NCBI RefSeq assembly: GCF_021869535.1
Contig: NW_026262734.1
Span: forward strand, 52,204,001-52,268,000
From: Mytilus californianus
Taxonomy: Eukaryota
DNA: 64,000 bases
Direction: 5' to 3'
This document shows, in pieces, positions 24,671 to 40,449 of the stretch (position 1 is its first letter; every line of letters begins with the position of its first letter). Made by a program: the position numbers and the translations under genes. The notes below the pieces were generated by a model. The model was not told where the DNA came from and searched no databases. It was given only the letters and a program-made list of their open reading frames with translations.

Positions 24671-27576
24671 GAAATTTGGGAACATAAAACATAGCAACCT
24701 TGTGATATCTAACATTAAGATGTTCTTGCAGATATCTGCAGCAAATGGTTCATGAACTCTTAAAATATTCAATCTATAACAGAGAACAGACAAAGATATC
24801 ATAAAATCTATAAGACATCCTAATCAAAAGGCAAAAAGGGTACATGCATGTACCATGAACAGAACGAATGCAGAAAAAAACCAAAACAAAAACACTACAA
24901 AAACACTACACAATCAACGCCGATTGAGATAGGACAGACATTGCAGTAGACAATTTTAACTATGACTAATATAACGGTATTGTTTTCATGAAGTGATGTT
25001 CCAGTGCAGTTATGTTTTTTGACAAATATATTTTGATACATCTGTCCCTGGCGCTACAGTTAACGTTCATTTATCTTTATTAAACATTTATAAAATCCCA
25101 AAAGTTGTTTTTTTTTTTTTTTTTTGCTACTTGGACATGTTGTATTAATACCCGTTTATGCCATAAACAATCCCAAAAAGAATACGACTAAGATGAAGAT
25201 ATGTATGTTATCTGCTTGTGAGCCCATTATCAGCTCATGTTTCAAGATTTCTTACAAACAATTGAAACAAACGAGAAGAAAAGATACCAAAGGGTCAATC
25301 TAAAACTAAAAGAATATGTGAGGCAAACAGTTATGAAAATGTTAGGTGAAAGTTGATCTAAGATATACTATAACTAGTTTGTGTTACATATAATAAGAAG
25401 GTATGGTATGATTGCCAATGAAACAACTCTCCACCAGAGACAGATTCTTGTCTGATTCGAGTCGGCTTCGACAGCTGTTTTCTTATCAAAACATGCCGTG
25501 AACATACTTTCATGCAGGCAATGTTGAAATGTTTACACCCTTCACATTGAATGATACAGTATTTACCATCCGAAACTAATAGGAAAGTTGCCAACTCCTT
25601 ATGTTGATCCGAAAATAGTTGGCTGCATTTATTTTTATCTTTTTATTTTAGACTTCCGAAGATGTATGGTACTACACGATCAGTATGTGTTTAGTGTTCA
25701 ACTTTAGTGATATAATGGTTGTTTCAGGACCAATAGAATTGATGGGGTGTGATTGTTGGATACGTTTGCTTTGTTAAGGCTTCCAAACTTTCATTTCACG
25801 ATCCGTTTATTTTTATTTGTGTTATTTTGGTGTCCAACGTACATGCTATCCTTTTTTTTTCAAAAGCACGTGTCATTTGAATTAGTTCAATCACATGTAC
25901 AAAGATTCTGTTATCAAAATCAATTTCTAGCAATTCTATCATTGGTACATGCATAATGATGTACATGTGTTTGTAATAGAAACTAATCACATGTTTCTCC
26001 CTTATGGCTTGTATCAATATCATGTATGTGGCATTTATAAATACACCAAATTGACAGGTGTTTTGGATTAGCATGCAGTGTCTACTTCATGCGAGATATA
26101 TTATCGGGGTACCTCAAATTTGGAATTGATATCAGTGTTGTGTTGGCGACAAAGTATAAAGGCATTAGCTGATATTACCGTCAATTTAAAAATGTTACAA
26201 TTTCGAACTCATAACGTGCTAGGTTTTACCGTGACTACTGTATTTGTATAAATTTCGATTAAACATTGTAAAACGATCAATACTAAAACTTGATTAAAAA
26301 AAAAAAAAAAATAAGTAACATATAACAGAAAAAAACAATAAAACAAAAAGACAACTAAACTAACAAAATCCAACTAAAGTATAACAATAGTAATAAAAAA
26401 AATACCGACCTTCAAATTAACCCAAAAATCAATGAAAAAGGAAGAAGTCAATAAAAACTGAAAAAATCAAATGTTAGATTATATATCAACCAACGAAACG
26501 AATGGAAAAACAACTGTCTTATTCCTGACTTGGTACATTTCAAATCATTATATTATTGCGTATTTATTCTTAACATAATCTTGAACTTACAGCTGTGTAG
26601 TACTAAATTTTGACCCATCTTGAAAACCTGATTGTGACCATGAGATGAAGATCAGCCAAACGCACTATTCATTTCCTTGAAGTTTCTGTATAAAACAAAT
26701 GTCTTATTGTTGCTAATGAGACATATATCCATCAGAGATAAAATAACGTTGATGTAAGAAACTTGATCATGTCCATGTCATTGATTGACAGCAATGAACA
26801 AAATCCATACCGTATAGTTAGCCATTAAAGACCCCGAAATGACAAAATGTAAAACATTTCATACCAAAAATATTAACGGCCTGATTTATGTCAAAACAAA
26901 ACAATAAACAAAATACTAATATAACAGACAGCGACCAACTACAACTACTGCATTACAGGCTCCTAGCTTGTGACAGGCACATAAAGACATTCATTGTAGT
27001 CGAGTTAAACATGATAGCAAGCGCTCAACCTTCCCCTTTCCTTGGACAGTAGTATAACAGCTCAACATAAATATACTAAATACTAAAAAAAACTATACAA
27101 TCGGTTGAAATATGCTTTATTCTTCAGAATACCACAAAACACAAAAACATAACTAACAAAAAGACTTAAGACATAAAGTAACGATCTTAGAGTACTCACA
27201 GTTACTGAGAGATAATAAATCATGTTTCGCAGAAAATAATAAAGCTCTACACATCTAAGGAATTCAATGTAATGAATTGCGAAAAAAAAAAAAAAAACGT
27301 GACCTTGTAATAAACTGTAAATGGTGAGTGCAATGTCCCAAATGAATATAGCGGAAAATTACATCAGAGAAATTTAATCAACGTGCTGTTGCTCAAACTA
27401 ATAAAAACCGGTTAAAATGCATAAAACATTAGAGAAACTCAATCATATAACACAGACGAGATAACTTGATACACGACTATTTAACCTAATCATTAACAGG
27501 ATATCGTTTTCATTTACACTACGATATGTAGGTAGGTATTAAAATCTACACGTTTACAATAACAGTTTGAAATTAT

Positions 27577-27625
27577 TCTTGCAATCTGATTGGTAAAATG
27601 AACATACAGTGTACTATAAATATAG
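27577..27625 (+). promoter_or_regulatory. Core promoter of copy C
   Basis: Invariant 17-mer at 27577-27593; TATAAATA at 27615-27622 in a rewired context. Confidence 0.6.
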
Positions 27626-27699
27626 TTAATAGTTGAAGGCAAACATAATTAGTAACAGTTTTTGTTCAAGTTGTTAGTTCCATCAGTGGTTGCTTAAAA

Positions 27700-28092
27700 A
27701 TGGATCTTTCAGCTGGAATTGCGTTGATGTTTAAAAACTACGAAAGATTCTCCTGTGACAAAAAATTGCAAAAAGATTGGATGGAAATTTTCAATTCAAT
27801 TGTGAAAGCAGATTCCGTGACAACGAAGCGTCTACTAGAGAAACAGTTGGATGTTAATATTAAAACCAACCTCAAAACAACAATATTAATGTTAATATGT
27901 AAAACTTTTCCCGCAAATAAAGAAGATGACGTGTATTCTTTAGCTCTGTATTTGCTTAATAGAGGAGCAAATGTGGATGAAGTTGATGTCTTTGGGAAGA
28001 CGGCTGTACATTATGCAGAAAGCAATGGAATGTCAAAAACTACAAAATTACTTTTGTCGTGTGCATTGATTCACCAATTCAACCTCGTTTGA
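27700..28092 (+). CDS. Mini-ankyrin-repeat protein, copy C (130 aa)
   Basis: Intact 393-bp ORF collinear with copy A, with conserved promoter and poly(A) signal. Confidence 0.85.
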   Translation: MDLSAGIALMFKNYERFSCDKKLQKDWMEIFNSIVKADSVTTKRLLEKQLDVNIKTNLKTTILMLICKTFPANKEDDVYSLALYLLNRGANVDEVDVFGKTAVHYAESNGMSKTTKLLLSCALIHQFNLV

Positions 28093-28508
28093 ACCAAAAT
28101 AAATACCATATCATATTAACATTTCTACAGATGCCAAAACAATGCTGACAAATATTCATATGGCGAATTTCATTATTTTTATTTCTCATAGGAAAAGGAT
28201 TGATCTTTTAGAGACTTTGATAACTTTGTCTATTATATAGATAAATATATCATTTTCTAACAAGCTCTAGTGGAAGTATTTTGACCTCGTTGGCCTCGGT
28301 GAATATCATATCTCTGGGGTTGATAAATCATTGTTTAAACTCATCAAAAGTCAATAATTGTATATTATATTCCGTTTACTCTCTTTTCTGTTTTGTTTGC
28401 ATATATTCATGTGCATGCATTAGATTAATTTGTCTGTTTGAACAATACATTGTATATATTATCATCATTTTCAAATTAAAGTGTGTATATTCTATATATA
28501 AATATTCA

Positions 28509-28514
28509 AATAAA
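28509..28514 (+). terminator. Putative poly(A) signal of copy C
   Basis: AATAAA in the paralog-conserved context aatattcaAATAAAagat. Confidence 0.5.
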
Positions 28515-31500
28515 AGATCATATAGATTTTGCAGTGTTTTTATTTAACGTACAAAAAGCGATGCGCTCGATCTTTATGAGACATCATCTTGACTGCAGAG
28601 TAAACAGGGTTTTATACATCCCGCACTAACGAACGTCACCCACAATGCACATTCAATGTAATGCTGAATTGGAGTTGACCATACAATCATTCAAAAAGAT
28701 ATCTTAGAAGTAAATTTGTTGTGTTTGAAAAACCCCTGAGGTACACAAATAGAGCCTTATTTGTGTCTAGCATCTGCATAGTATACATTACTCCTCTTTT
28801 GTACAAATTAACGAATTTAAATAAAGTTGCCTTTTATACATGTATATAGCTACGATTACTTGATAAAAAATCTACACGCATCTTATTCATTTTGTTTTTT
28901 GAATATCTAGTTAGTCGAACCCCGAGTCTTATGTTTCCAAGAATGAATCTAAAACGTTCCCGAAAATATCTATTTTTGTCACTGCGGGGTTCAAAATGGG
29001 AAATGTGTAGGCCAAAATGCTGTTTATTTTTGCTGCACCAAGTTTCTGTTTGTATATTACAGATTTCAAAATAGAAAGCAAAATGGAAAACAAATCTGTG
29101 ATTCAGGAGCACAACTTCTTAAATGATTCGACTTTTAATTTCGGTTATGTTCAACCCCTGTTTTTGGTGAGGTTCGTGTTGTTTAGTCTTGTAGTCTTTA
29201 TCTGACTATTTTCTGTTTTTCATACTGTTATTTATCTTGTGATAATTTTTCGTTCTCTAGCCATGGCTTTGTCAGTTTTTCATCGACTTATGAGTTTGAA
29301 TATCCTTTTGTATTTTCCGCCTCTCTTTGACGTATTTGCAAATCTGGTTTACTTGATCAGTTTTTCTTAGTTGCAATCATACCACATCTCCTTATTGTTA
29401 TATCATTTGAAGATCTTGTATTGCTGATCATTTATGGTATTAACTGTTTCTCTCGATGTTGTGAAGATAATAACAAAAACCCAAAACATGGTAAAACTAT
29501 TCATTAAAGTCTAATAACACCAATTTTGATTCATCTCACATTTTGTCGTCAACATGTTGACAAGTTGGATGATCTTTGCATTCTGTAAATTTCTGTACCT
29601 CTCAGAAGTTGTCTTATCTTAAACGGCTTTCATGATAATATACAAGTTTTGTATTTTTTTCCTTATGTTATATTTTTAGCCTTAGCTGTTGGCGGTCATT
29701 TTAGTTGGCAGGTTGGATCACCGGACACAATTACAAATGTATATTTACCCTAATACTAGTACTGGTTGTGGCCAAGTTAGGTTAGAATTTGCACGGTAGC
29801 TTCAGAAAGAGAGGGGGTTGCTGATGAGAATAGCTCATACTAGCCCCTTTGGCCACTTGGAAGATTGACAAAATCGTTCTATTATACTTTCTTAGATAAT
29901 TATGGCATCAACTAGAAAATCTGTACATTCTAAAATTTCTTATTTGGTGTTTGGTGGACGCTCTCATATCAGCCAGTTACTAAATTTTAATGTGCGTCTA
30001 CTCCTCTGCAATGAATGTAATATTTATTCAAAGCTGTTGGTTATTTTTGATACGAGTCGTTTTAAACAAAGGACGTTTAAAAAGTTATCAATGAATCAAA
30101 TTTCGTAGTGTATAAAGGATTTGAACTTAGATTATTCATTTGAAGATATTGTCAATAACAAATGTATGCAGCAGTAATTTTAGAAATAATTGTTCGTTGA
30201 TTCTTAAAACGGATAGCCTGATCTTGTTCATCTAACATTTCAAAATGTGGTATCATGACTAGGAAACTAAATAAAAGTACTTTCTTTTTTTGTAAAGATA
30301 GCAATTCTTATATTAGATAGATGAACCCGGTGTTGCTTTGCAAAAAAACACTTCAAATTCACAAAACTGAAAAATGTAATGAATTACATTAATTAAACTT
30401 CCGATGCAACAAATTAAATAAGTTAGAATTTGACTTTCCAATCGAACTCGTATTTTGAAATCTTTACCTAATCAGGCTAACTATCAAATGTGTTTGTCGC
30501 TTTCATCGTTACGCGTTACTTTGTCTTGCGGTGATTCTTGCATGTTTCATTTATAATTCCATCAGTTGTGAAGAGGTATTATAGTCCATTTATTCTTCCC
30601 TTTTTTACAAATGTATCGATTGTGAGTATGTAATCTAAACAATTCATGATTTTGCTTTGATATATTGTTTAACTGACTATAAATATAAGCATGCTTGGAA
30701 GGATAACATGTTTTAAGTCGGACTCGGACTTCTTTTAAACTTAGTCTTACTGTGCGTATTGCTGTGTGTTTGTTTTTTTAACATTGGCTAGAGGTATAGG
30801 GGGAGAATTGAGATCTCCCAAAACATGTTAAACACCGCTGCATTTTTTCGCCTTGCCAAGTCAGGAACCTCTGGCTTTTTTTAGTCTTGTAATTTTTTTT
30901 TTAATATTGGTTCATTGATATGTTTCAGAGTTTAGTGTGACGTCCATTTTCGCTGAACTAGTATACATATTGTTTAGGGGCCAGCTGAAGCCCGCCTAAT
31001 GGTGCGAGATTTTCTCTCTGTATTGAAGATCCATTAGTGGCAGTGGGCTGTTTTCTGCTGTTTGGTCGGGTTGTTGTCTCTTTGACACATTCCACGTTTC
31101 CATTTTCCATTTTATTGTTCTATCAATTAATTACATTAATTAATTCATATATATTTTTTTGTTTTTAATTAAATAAAGTAGCTGTTGTAATATATTGGTA
31201 ATATCAAATATGTTCAACAATTTCACACACTGAAAACAAAGGCTTAGAGTAAATGTACTTCCTATTCATTTGTCATCTGAGGTTTCACGGACATAAGAGG
31301 TTGTTCTTGCTTTAGGTTTGTTTTTTGTTTTAGGTTCCCTACTGTCTTATGTTCTTTGAATCCCACACTTTAAGTATCAAACGTGCCCGTATAAAAATAA
31401 AAGCACATTTATGACACGGTTCTTGTTACTATAAATTTAAATGTTAGACAATTTGTTAATTTGTATGTTTGTTAGAAATCATATCTGCTAATTGAAAATA

Positions 31501-33705
31501 AATCACATGCTTCCCTTACCTTTGGATTATTTTCATTCGGAGTGATAGCTACAAGACATGTGCCTTGGATTAGAATACGAAACCCTCAATTTATGATACG
31601 TATTACGTTGAACTGTGGACATTAAATTCTAACAGAAACAAACATTGTAATATGTTTGAAAAAAAAATCATCATGACAGCTATGTGATGAGACAAATAAA
31701 CCTTACCGCTCACAGAAAAACAAAAAAACAAAATGCCACATTTAATTAACCATGGCAACAGGTTTTTTATACGACCTTTTTTTTATTGAATTATGTAAAC
31801 CTTTCTATGTTTACTAATTGAGGAGGACATAATTTATGTCAAATAAAGCCAAAAATCAAAAATCCTAAAGATGAATTGTATGTTTTAATCAGTTTTACAT
31901 CAATTTGTTCATTTTGTTCAATATGTTTTGCAAGACTTTTTCAATAATCTATGTTTAAGATCGGTTGAGAGCACACATAAAAGCAATTGGTGCCAATAAT
32001 AAAGGGGAACATCCCATATATATATATATATAAATTCAAGTCCGTCAAAGGAATTTGCAGAATATGTTTCCCTGTGATTATCAACTTGATAATACATTAT
32101 ATAAAACGAAAGAAAATTTGCAAATTTGCACTTTGACCAATGAGGAGGTAGACTTACATGTAGAGATTGAATAACTTTTTGTTTACGGGTGAGGGGTTAA
32201 CTTTTAGTTCCCGGATGTTGCATGTTCCTTTGCTTCCTTTGCATCGGCATCGTATGTTCTATTGACGAGACGGGCTTCCTCTTCATTTTGCTTCCTGTTG
32301 TTTTTTTTAAGGAATGGTGCCCGTTTTCAGTGAACACATGTTGTGAAAATTGAATCGATATCACACAGTCATGCTACGTTTCTTGTTACTAGACAGCTTT
32401 TAATTTCAGACACCTTGTTAATCTGTATATTTGTCAGATATCGTATCTGTTAATTGAATATTAATCACATACTTATCATTCTTTCCATCGGATCTTTTTT
32501 ATTTGGAGTGTCAGCTTCATGTTTCAGACATATGCGTTGAATTAGAGGGCAATTCCCTTATCATAGGACATATACTTTTTGAACAGTGAACATCAAATTA
32601 TTACAGCCACACACAGTATCATATTTTAGAAAAATCATTATGGCAGTCCTGTTTTGACAATTTGATAACAACTTAATAATTTTACAGCGGATGAAAGCCA
32701 TGTTTAAATTAGGGTGTCTCTATCTACAACAAATTTAAAATAATATCTTCTATCTGTATTTTGTTTTATTAAAGTGGGTCAGCAACTGGTTCGTCGTTTT
32801 TTATTATTTTCTTGCCACTTATTGTATTAGTAGCGATGAGGAAGAAGATATATTTCATAGAAATAAGTTCAATTGCGATTGATGAAGGCCATCTTAAATT
32901 CTAATTGGTCAAGCGATTACAGGAGAAATTTTTCCATAACTTCTAAGACAGATCCCGGATAATACACACCAGAAGATGGAAGTCAAGTCATGATTGCAAA
33001 AACCTACATTAAGCTTCAAAGCCTGGCGAGCTGTTTACATGTTCTTATTCTTTTTATTACATTTTATTCATTTTTTATCATTTATATATTCATTTTTAAT
33101 GGGAAATAATGGGAGGGGAATGTCTCTCTGATCATTCTAAAACCAGTCTTATCATCTAAATTTTCATTTTTTAGAGAAGTTAAACTTTAATTATTTCTGA
33201 TGTTTGATCAACTGCTATATGTGAGTGTAATGTACTGCAAACTGACATTTGGGGGAAGTTCATTTTGATTAACATGTATAAAGCGACAGTCTCATCTATG
33301 GTTGATATAACAATAAGAAGATGTGGTATTATTCCAAATCAGACAACTCTCCACCAGAGACCAAATGACATAGAAGTAAACAACTATAAGCAAAACCCAT
33401 ACCATATAGTCAGCTACAAAAGGCACCGAAATGATAAATGTAAAAACAATTCAAACGAGAAAACTAGCGACATGATTTATGTACAAAAGAATGAACCAAA
33501 CACAAATATGATAAACAGCAACAAACGCCAATCACTGAATTACAGGCTCCTGACTTAGGACTGGCACATACAGATGGGGGAGCGCCCAACCCTCCCCTAA
33601 CCTGGGTCGAGCATTTCTTAAGGACGACTCATTTATATATATCCATTAATCTGGCTAATTTGCATTGTATATACAGAGACTCGGTACTATATTGAACTTG
33701 ACATA

Positions 33706-36700
33706 TTTGTTCTTTTTTATTTTTCATATTTTATTGAAATCTGTACATTTGTTAGTTGAAAAACATCAAGTACCGGTACCTTATCCCGGCCTCGTTAACA
33801 TTAGTAAATAACATATTTATACAGCTGTTAGTATTTGTTAGTAATATACATACAATATTGCATCAACAAGAATTATTTATTTTTTGGTCGAAAAGTTTGT
33901 TTTGTTTGTTTTAGTTTGTATTTGCACAGATGAATTTTTATAGTATTTTCTCATAAAAGAACCAATATATCGTATGACACTTTTATTTCTACCATATCAT
34001 GTTCACATATACATTCTAAAAACTATTGATCAATCACTGAAAAGTATGGCAAAAACATTCCAACTCTTGTTAAAAATATTTTCTGTTATTTTTAATAGCA
34101 ATTATTTTTTTCAATGCTGTATTGAGACTTCATTCTATTTTGCACTGCCTGCAATGTTAAAGCTTTTTTTTAAATATTTGCAGTTAAAATTATATTTTTT
34201 TATTTGCAGATAAATCAAACTAACAGCATCTCCCCTAAATGATTTTATAATATCCACAAACAGAAAACTTTTGATAGTAAATAGAACACATACCATTTGA
34301 CAAAAACTGATAGTCAATTTCATCAATGAATGTTTGTACAATCTCAGAATTCCAAAATATATGTTCAATTTTTTCTGCTTCTTCTTGGCAAAAAGTACAG
34401 TTTGGATTGTCAAAAACATAAATTTATTCAAATTTTTTTTGTACCTAAAATATGCTGATTTATTCTATATTGTAACCACTGCAGGTTTGTATTTGTTGTG
34501 ACTATGAAAGGTAATTAAAAAATTTGTGTTTCCATTCATTCATCATCTGAACCTTAAATTTGATTCCTTTTTTTCTGACCTGTTGAAACTATATTATTTC
34601 TTGTTAATAGTAGATACATGTCTTTAGTTTTCTTTGAACTTTTCAAAAATATCTTTGCAAATGAAGAAATAAATGTAGTGGCTAGTTTATAATTATAAAG
34701 AACATAGCACTTTACTGCATGCTTTACAGCAATATTATGCTGTTATATTTCATAACATCTCTGTCAATTTTGAATTTTGTTTCTAACTGTTCCAAACTGA
34801 GAATTTTTCCAGCATCTGATACAATGTCATTGATAAAAAATATACCTTTGTTGAACCAGTTTTTTTTTTTATAAAATACAGGTTTATCCTCTATTTTTAT
34901 ACATTTGTTCATCCACAGTGGGCTTGATTAAAAATATTCCCACGTACAGTTTTCTTCTTTAAAAATAATAGGAGTACATCATGCCAAACTTTATTTTTTA
35001 TATCAATTTGATGTATGACAGATAACCTTTACCAAATTTAAATAATTTTTCTTGATTTATTACGGAAAATAAAATATTTTTCCATTAATAGTCAGATTGA
35101 AAAGGTTTTTCTAACCCATGTAGATAAGAGGGCTGTTATGAAGGAGCTAAGGTTGATCATTTGCAACCCAACTTCATTGTAGTCCTTCTGTAACAGCTCT
35201 TTATTAACTCTATGCACAGGTGAATTCCAAATAAACTTAAAAATAAGCGCGTTAATCTTTTTAACAAGTTCTTGATTTGGATTTGGCAATGTAATTATAA
35301 GGTGATTAAGGACAAGTAAAATCAGAGTTTTCACAACTGTAATTTTACCTATTACTGTAAGATTTCTTTTTGACCATATCTTAGTTAGATTTTTTATCTG
35401 CAAAACTTTCTCATTATAATTAATGTTAATAATTGTATCAAGATCAACATCAAAAGTAATACCCAATAACTTAAAAGTTGTTGTACCCCAGGATAAATTT
35501 CTATTCGAACAAAGAATATCACTACAGTATTTTTTACTCCCAATAAAAACTACCTGACTGTGTTTTTGAAAAATTAATATTTAGCCCTGAAAGTTTTGCA
35601 TACCAATCTAATTCAGTTAAAGTTTCTTTAAGGACTGTTCACTTTCATCTAAAATAAGTGAAGTATCATCTGCAAACTGTGATAACTTATGTCTATCCTA
35701 GTTACAGTTATACCAGTAATATATCTATTCCCCCGTATCCGGATTGCCAAAATTTCTGCACAAAGTATGAAAATGTAGGGTGATAAGGGGTCCCCGTGTT
35801 TACAGCCACGTCCTATTTAAAACAAGTCTGAATGATTTCCACCCTGAATGAAATTTTATTATAAAATACTTTAACCCAGTTAATAATAGATTCACCATAA
35901 TTGAAAAATTGTAATACTGATAACAGAAAGTCCCAAGAAAAAGAATCAAATGCTTTTTGAAAATCAATTAAAAGCAAAAAACCTGGAATGTTATGTTCTT
36001 CTGTATACTGTAAAAGATCTTAAATCAATCTAATGTCATCCCCCAATAAAACGTCCACTGATGAAACTGGTCTGATCTAAATCAATCAATTTGTCTAAAA
36101 AATTTTAAAATCTACTAGCAATAACCCCTTGTATACAGTATTCAGTAAGGAGATAGGTATTCAGTTTTTAAGTAAACGTCGTGGTTTATTGCCTTTGGGT
36201 AAGCATGTAATGATTCCCTGCCTTTGAGTTACTGATAAGTGTCCTAAATTTGACCAATAATTTAGTGATTTTAGATCAAAAGATTTAAAATCATTCCAGA
36301 AAAACTAAAAAATTCTGTTGAAAAACCATCTGACCCTAGTGATTTATTATTATTCATTTTCTGTAAAGTAATGCTGGCTTCATTTATAGTTATCTCCCCT
36401 TCTAAATTCAACTGTTCATCCACTGATAATTTATTAAAATTTAAATTTTCAAATCTCTCTCTAAATCACTCACTTTACACCCATTGCCATTTTTATCTCT
36501 TTTTGTATAAATTTTCATAAAAGTCGTCTGCCTCCTTTAAAATATCAAAATTGATTTTTAACAATTTTCCCATCATTCTTTCCGCTTTTGGAATTATTTG
36601 CTTGTAAAACTTTTTGATTCAAGACCACAAAAAATACTTTGTAGGTTTTTTGCCTTCTTCAATCCTCTGTACTCTAGAGCGTATAATCTTACCCCTTATT

Positions 36701-37900
36701 TTTTCCTTCCTTATACCTTCGAATCCTTGTTTTTTTTAGTTTCTAAGCTGTGTAAAGTTTTCGTTTAATGCAGCTTTTAATATTTCAATATCGCATAATA
36801 AATCTTTTTCTTTTGATCCCCTTTTTTTCTTATAGCTTCAATAAGAGATAAGTTTACCTCTAATTTCAAACAACAAAGTTTCAAGAAACAATTGACTATT
36901 TATAGTAAAATGAAGAACATCATTACAAATCTCGTGTATATTTTCAAAATTATAAACCAATGCACAATATTGTTTTTTAACATTTGAAATCTTATCTTTA
37001 ACAATATTTATGTATTCAATATCATAAAATCTTCAATAACATTCATGAATTGTTGAATTTCCATAGACCTTTTCCTCGAACAAAAGGATTAAATTCAATT
37101 CTAAAACTACCATAGAATGATCGGAACGATAACAAGGTTCAATTTTACAATTTTTTAAATTTGTCAACATGCAGTCTGGAATAAGAAAAAAATCAAGACG
37201 TGCTTGTTTGAATGGGGATTTGTTTTCTCCAAGTGTATCTGTGTAAATCAGGAAACAGTTCTCTGAAAGGGTCCAAAAGAGACTAGTTGTCTATAATTTC
37301 AAAATTTTTATCTCTGGCATTGGGATTATTAATATGTAAATAACTACAGTAATCAATATGTGGATCTAATACTTAACTGAAGTCTCCACAAAGTATGTAA
37401 CTTTCATTTCCAAAATCTTCAATAACATTCATGATCTGATCATCAAAACCAGGACTAACTATATTAGGGCCATATAGTGACAAAAGTGTAAGTTTCTGTT
37501 TATCAATTATAACATCTAATGCTAAGTAATTGCCATTCATATCTTTTTTTCTCTTTTAGCACTTTAAATTCAAAATTATTATTTAACAAAATTGATACAC
37601 CTCGTAAGTTAGAGATAAACGAAGAGAAAAAAACATCCAGAACCCCACATTGATCTGACAGTAATCTCAATTTCAGTGGTAAAATGCGTATCTTGAAAGC
37701 AGTAAATATTATAATTGTTTGTTTTAAGTTAATTAAACACATCTTTTCTTTTTGCGCTATCCCGCAAACCCTGGCGATTTACTGTTAACATTTTCAGTGA
37801 CCCCATAACAAGGTAAATACATTTTGACTATACATGTACATACCAATATTTACAAAATATTGAAAATACCTATTCATCAGGTAAACAAACAATTGTTTTG
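33706..37900 (-). mobile_element. L1/Tx1-clade non-LTR retrotransposon, decayed ORF2 (~37806 to 34030)
   Basis: APE motifs MLTVNRQGL, QDTHF, RGVSIL, YGPN, CGDF and RT motif SQFADDT. Many stops and frameshifts. A-rich tail with AATAAA at ~33706-33735. Interrupts unit homology. Confidence 0.85.
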
Positions 37901-39839
37901 GAAAACAGTTGTCTTTATATAATTGTTGAAGATAGTGTGTTACCCTCTAAATGTCTTTCTTAAATATTTTCGTTTTCGGATTGCTGTCTTATTGACGTAA
38001 AATGCAAATCTTTGGATAGTATAATATATAAATATAAAATGCAAAACTTAACCTTTGGAATATATGTTATTTAACTATGTGTTCACTTTTTATTTTAGGA
38101 GCTAATATAATTTGTAAACAAATACAACCTAAAACATCGAATGAGAGGAATATACGACTTTTAACGCATAGACATAAAGAAAAAAAAATGTCAAAATAAA
38201 TGTATTACAAAAAGGATAGTGTATTGTGACAATATGGATTAGAACAATCAAACATATTTATTAATCATAATTCAGTTTTTACTACCGATTCACAAATCAT
38301 TTAAGGAGATATATGTGGATCCTATAAAACTCTTGTACCAATGGAAGCTATATTTCGTCGCTGACTCACATCTTTGTTGATGTGATAATTCACTATTTAC
38401 TGGTGTTGCATATTTCCCTTTACATCATGACCTAGTCGCTCGCGGTCAATATTCGAATGTAAACAAATTTAACTAAAACTTTTATAGTTTAATTACATTC
38501 TCAAACATTCAAAACTGAAAAGAATGTCGGAACCCCCTTTGTTGAACTGAAATTATTTGGCTGCCATTTGTGTTATCTTCTTTTTTTAAGCTTTCGAAGA
38601 TTGTTTGTACTTTACGTTTGTCTTCAGAGTCAAGCGTAAGTGTTTTAACGGTTGTTTCATGATCAGCTGTCTTGTGGTATATCTGGCTGTGTTTTTCCTT
38701 TAGGCTACCAAAGTTTATTGTACGTAACATTTCTTTTTTGTTTTAATTGATGTCGAACGCACATGATACATGTGTAATGAGGTTTTTGTAAGAGCACGTG
38801 TCGTGTGAAATAACTTGTATCACATTTTTAAAGTGTATGTTACCAAAATCAATTTCTAACACTTTAGTCATTAGTACATGCACAAATGTTTGAAATGATA
38901 TTTGCTAAAAACCAATCACATGTTTCTCTCTTATGGCTTGTATCATTTTTATTCAAGTGGCAGTTTATAAGGAAATCAAACCGACATGTGTGTTGAATTA
39001 GCGTGCATGGTATATGTCAAGCGAGATATATTTCGGGGTATCTCCAATAGGCATTACTAAAAGGTTTTTTCATTGGCAACACATTATCAAGGCACTAGCT
39101 TCTATTACGGACAATTTAAAAGAAAGGCAAAAGATACTAAAGGTACATTCAAACTCATAAGTTTTAAATAAACTGATAACGCCATGGCAAAAATGAAAAA
39201 GACCAAAACAAAAACAGCAGTACACAAAACACAACATAGAAAAAAAAGACTGAGCTACACGAACCCTATCATAAACCGAGGGTGATCGCAGGTGCTCCAG
39301 AATGGTTAGTAGATCCTGCTCCTTATGTGGCACCCGTCGTGTTGCGCTTGTAAGTATAAACCCGATTATAATTCTAATTCAGTAGGTCATTACCGTGATT
39401 TATATTTTTCCCTAGTTAAGAATAACAAATTTGTAAAACGATCAATTCATAAATGTGAGTAAAGACAGACACACAATCAGAAAAAAACCCAGAAAAACAG
39501 AAAGGCAAGTAAACTAACAAATATCAAATATCGAATATCAAAACATAACATAACAGAAAACAAAACAATATTGATATTATTGGGTATTTATTTTCGAAAG
39601 AATTTTTAACATACCATTTTGGTCCACGTTGAAATCCTGAATTTACGTATGAGAAGAATTTCAGCCAAAAGGATTATTCATTTCCCTTTGAGAAAAAACA
39701 TGACCTAGTGCAATACCGAATAGAAGTATCGAGAGGATGAATGACCGTAAGTGTTCATAACTGTATAGGAATAAATATTTAGTTATGTTTTAATTCATTA
39801 ATATAACAAGAATGTTAGTATTGATTAAAATACTATTTT

Positions 39840-40090
39840 AAGATCATATTACAATACAAAAACATTTAAGAATACGTTTTCGCAGAGGATCATGAAGCTT
39901 ACATTGACTCAATCTGAATTCACGGACTCTATAAACAACATCATCATAAGTTTTAAAATACAATATCCCGTTTGTAATACATTCTCTACAAGTACAGCCA
40001 AATTTCAAATCTAGCAATCTAGTAATGATAAAACGTAATTTGTGGTAACGAAATCCCTGTTTTGTCATTTGATAATTGCGTGCTGTTATA
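39840..40090 (-). mobile_element. Penelope-like RT C-terminal fragment
   Basis: KQGFRYHKLR...GI...YDDVVYRV resembles the PLE RT thumb region. Confidence 0.6.
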
Positions 40091-40449
40091 ATCAGTTTTC
40101 CGATTTTCTTAAGTTATCTCTTGCATTCGACTTTTCAAATTAACTGCTTGTTAACTTCTCCAATGATAAATTCAGATATTGCTGAGTGTAATGTTACGAA
40201 TGAATAGCGGAAAATTGCAAGAGAGAAATTTAGTCAAATTGTTTTTTATGAAAATTTCTCAACCTGATCAGAACTGGTTAAAAGGCATACATGACTAGAG
40301 AAACTGGTAAGTTATAATTAATTAAAAAGACGATATAATTTGATACAAGTAAACCCAATCATTAGCAGGGTATCGTTTTCATTTACAATTCGATGTGTAG
40401 GCAGGTTTTGAAATTTGTACGTTTATAATTACAAAACAATAAGAATTAA

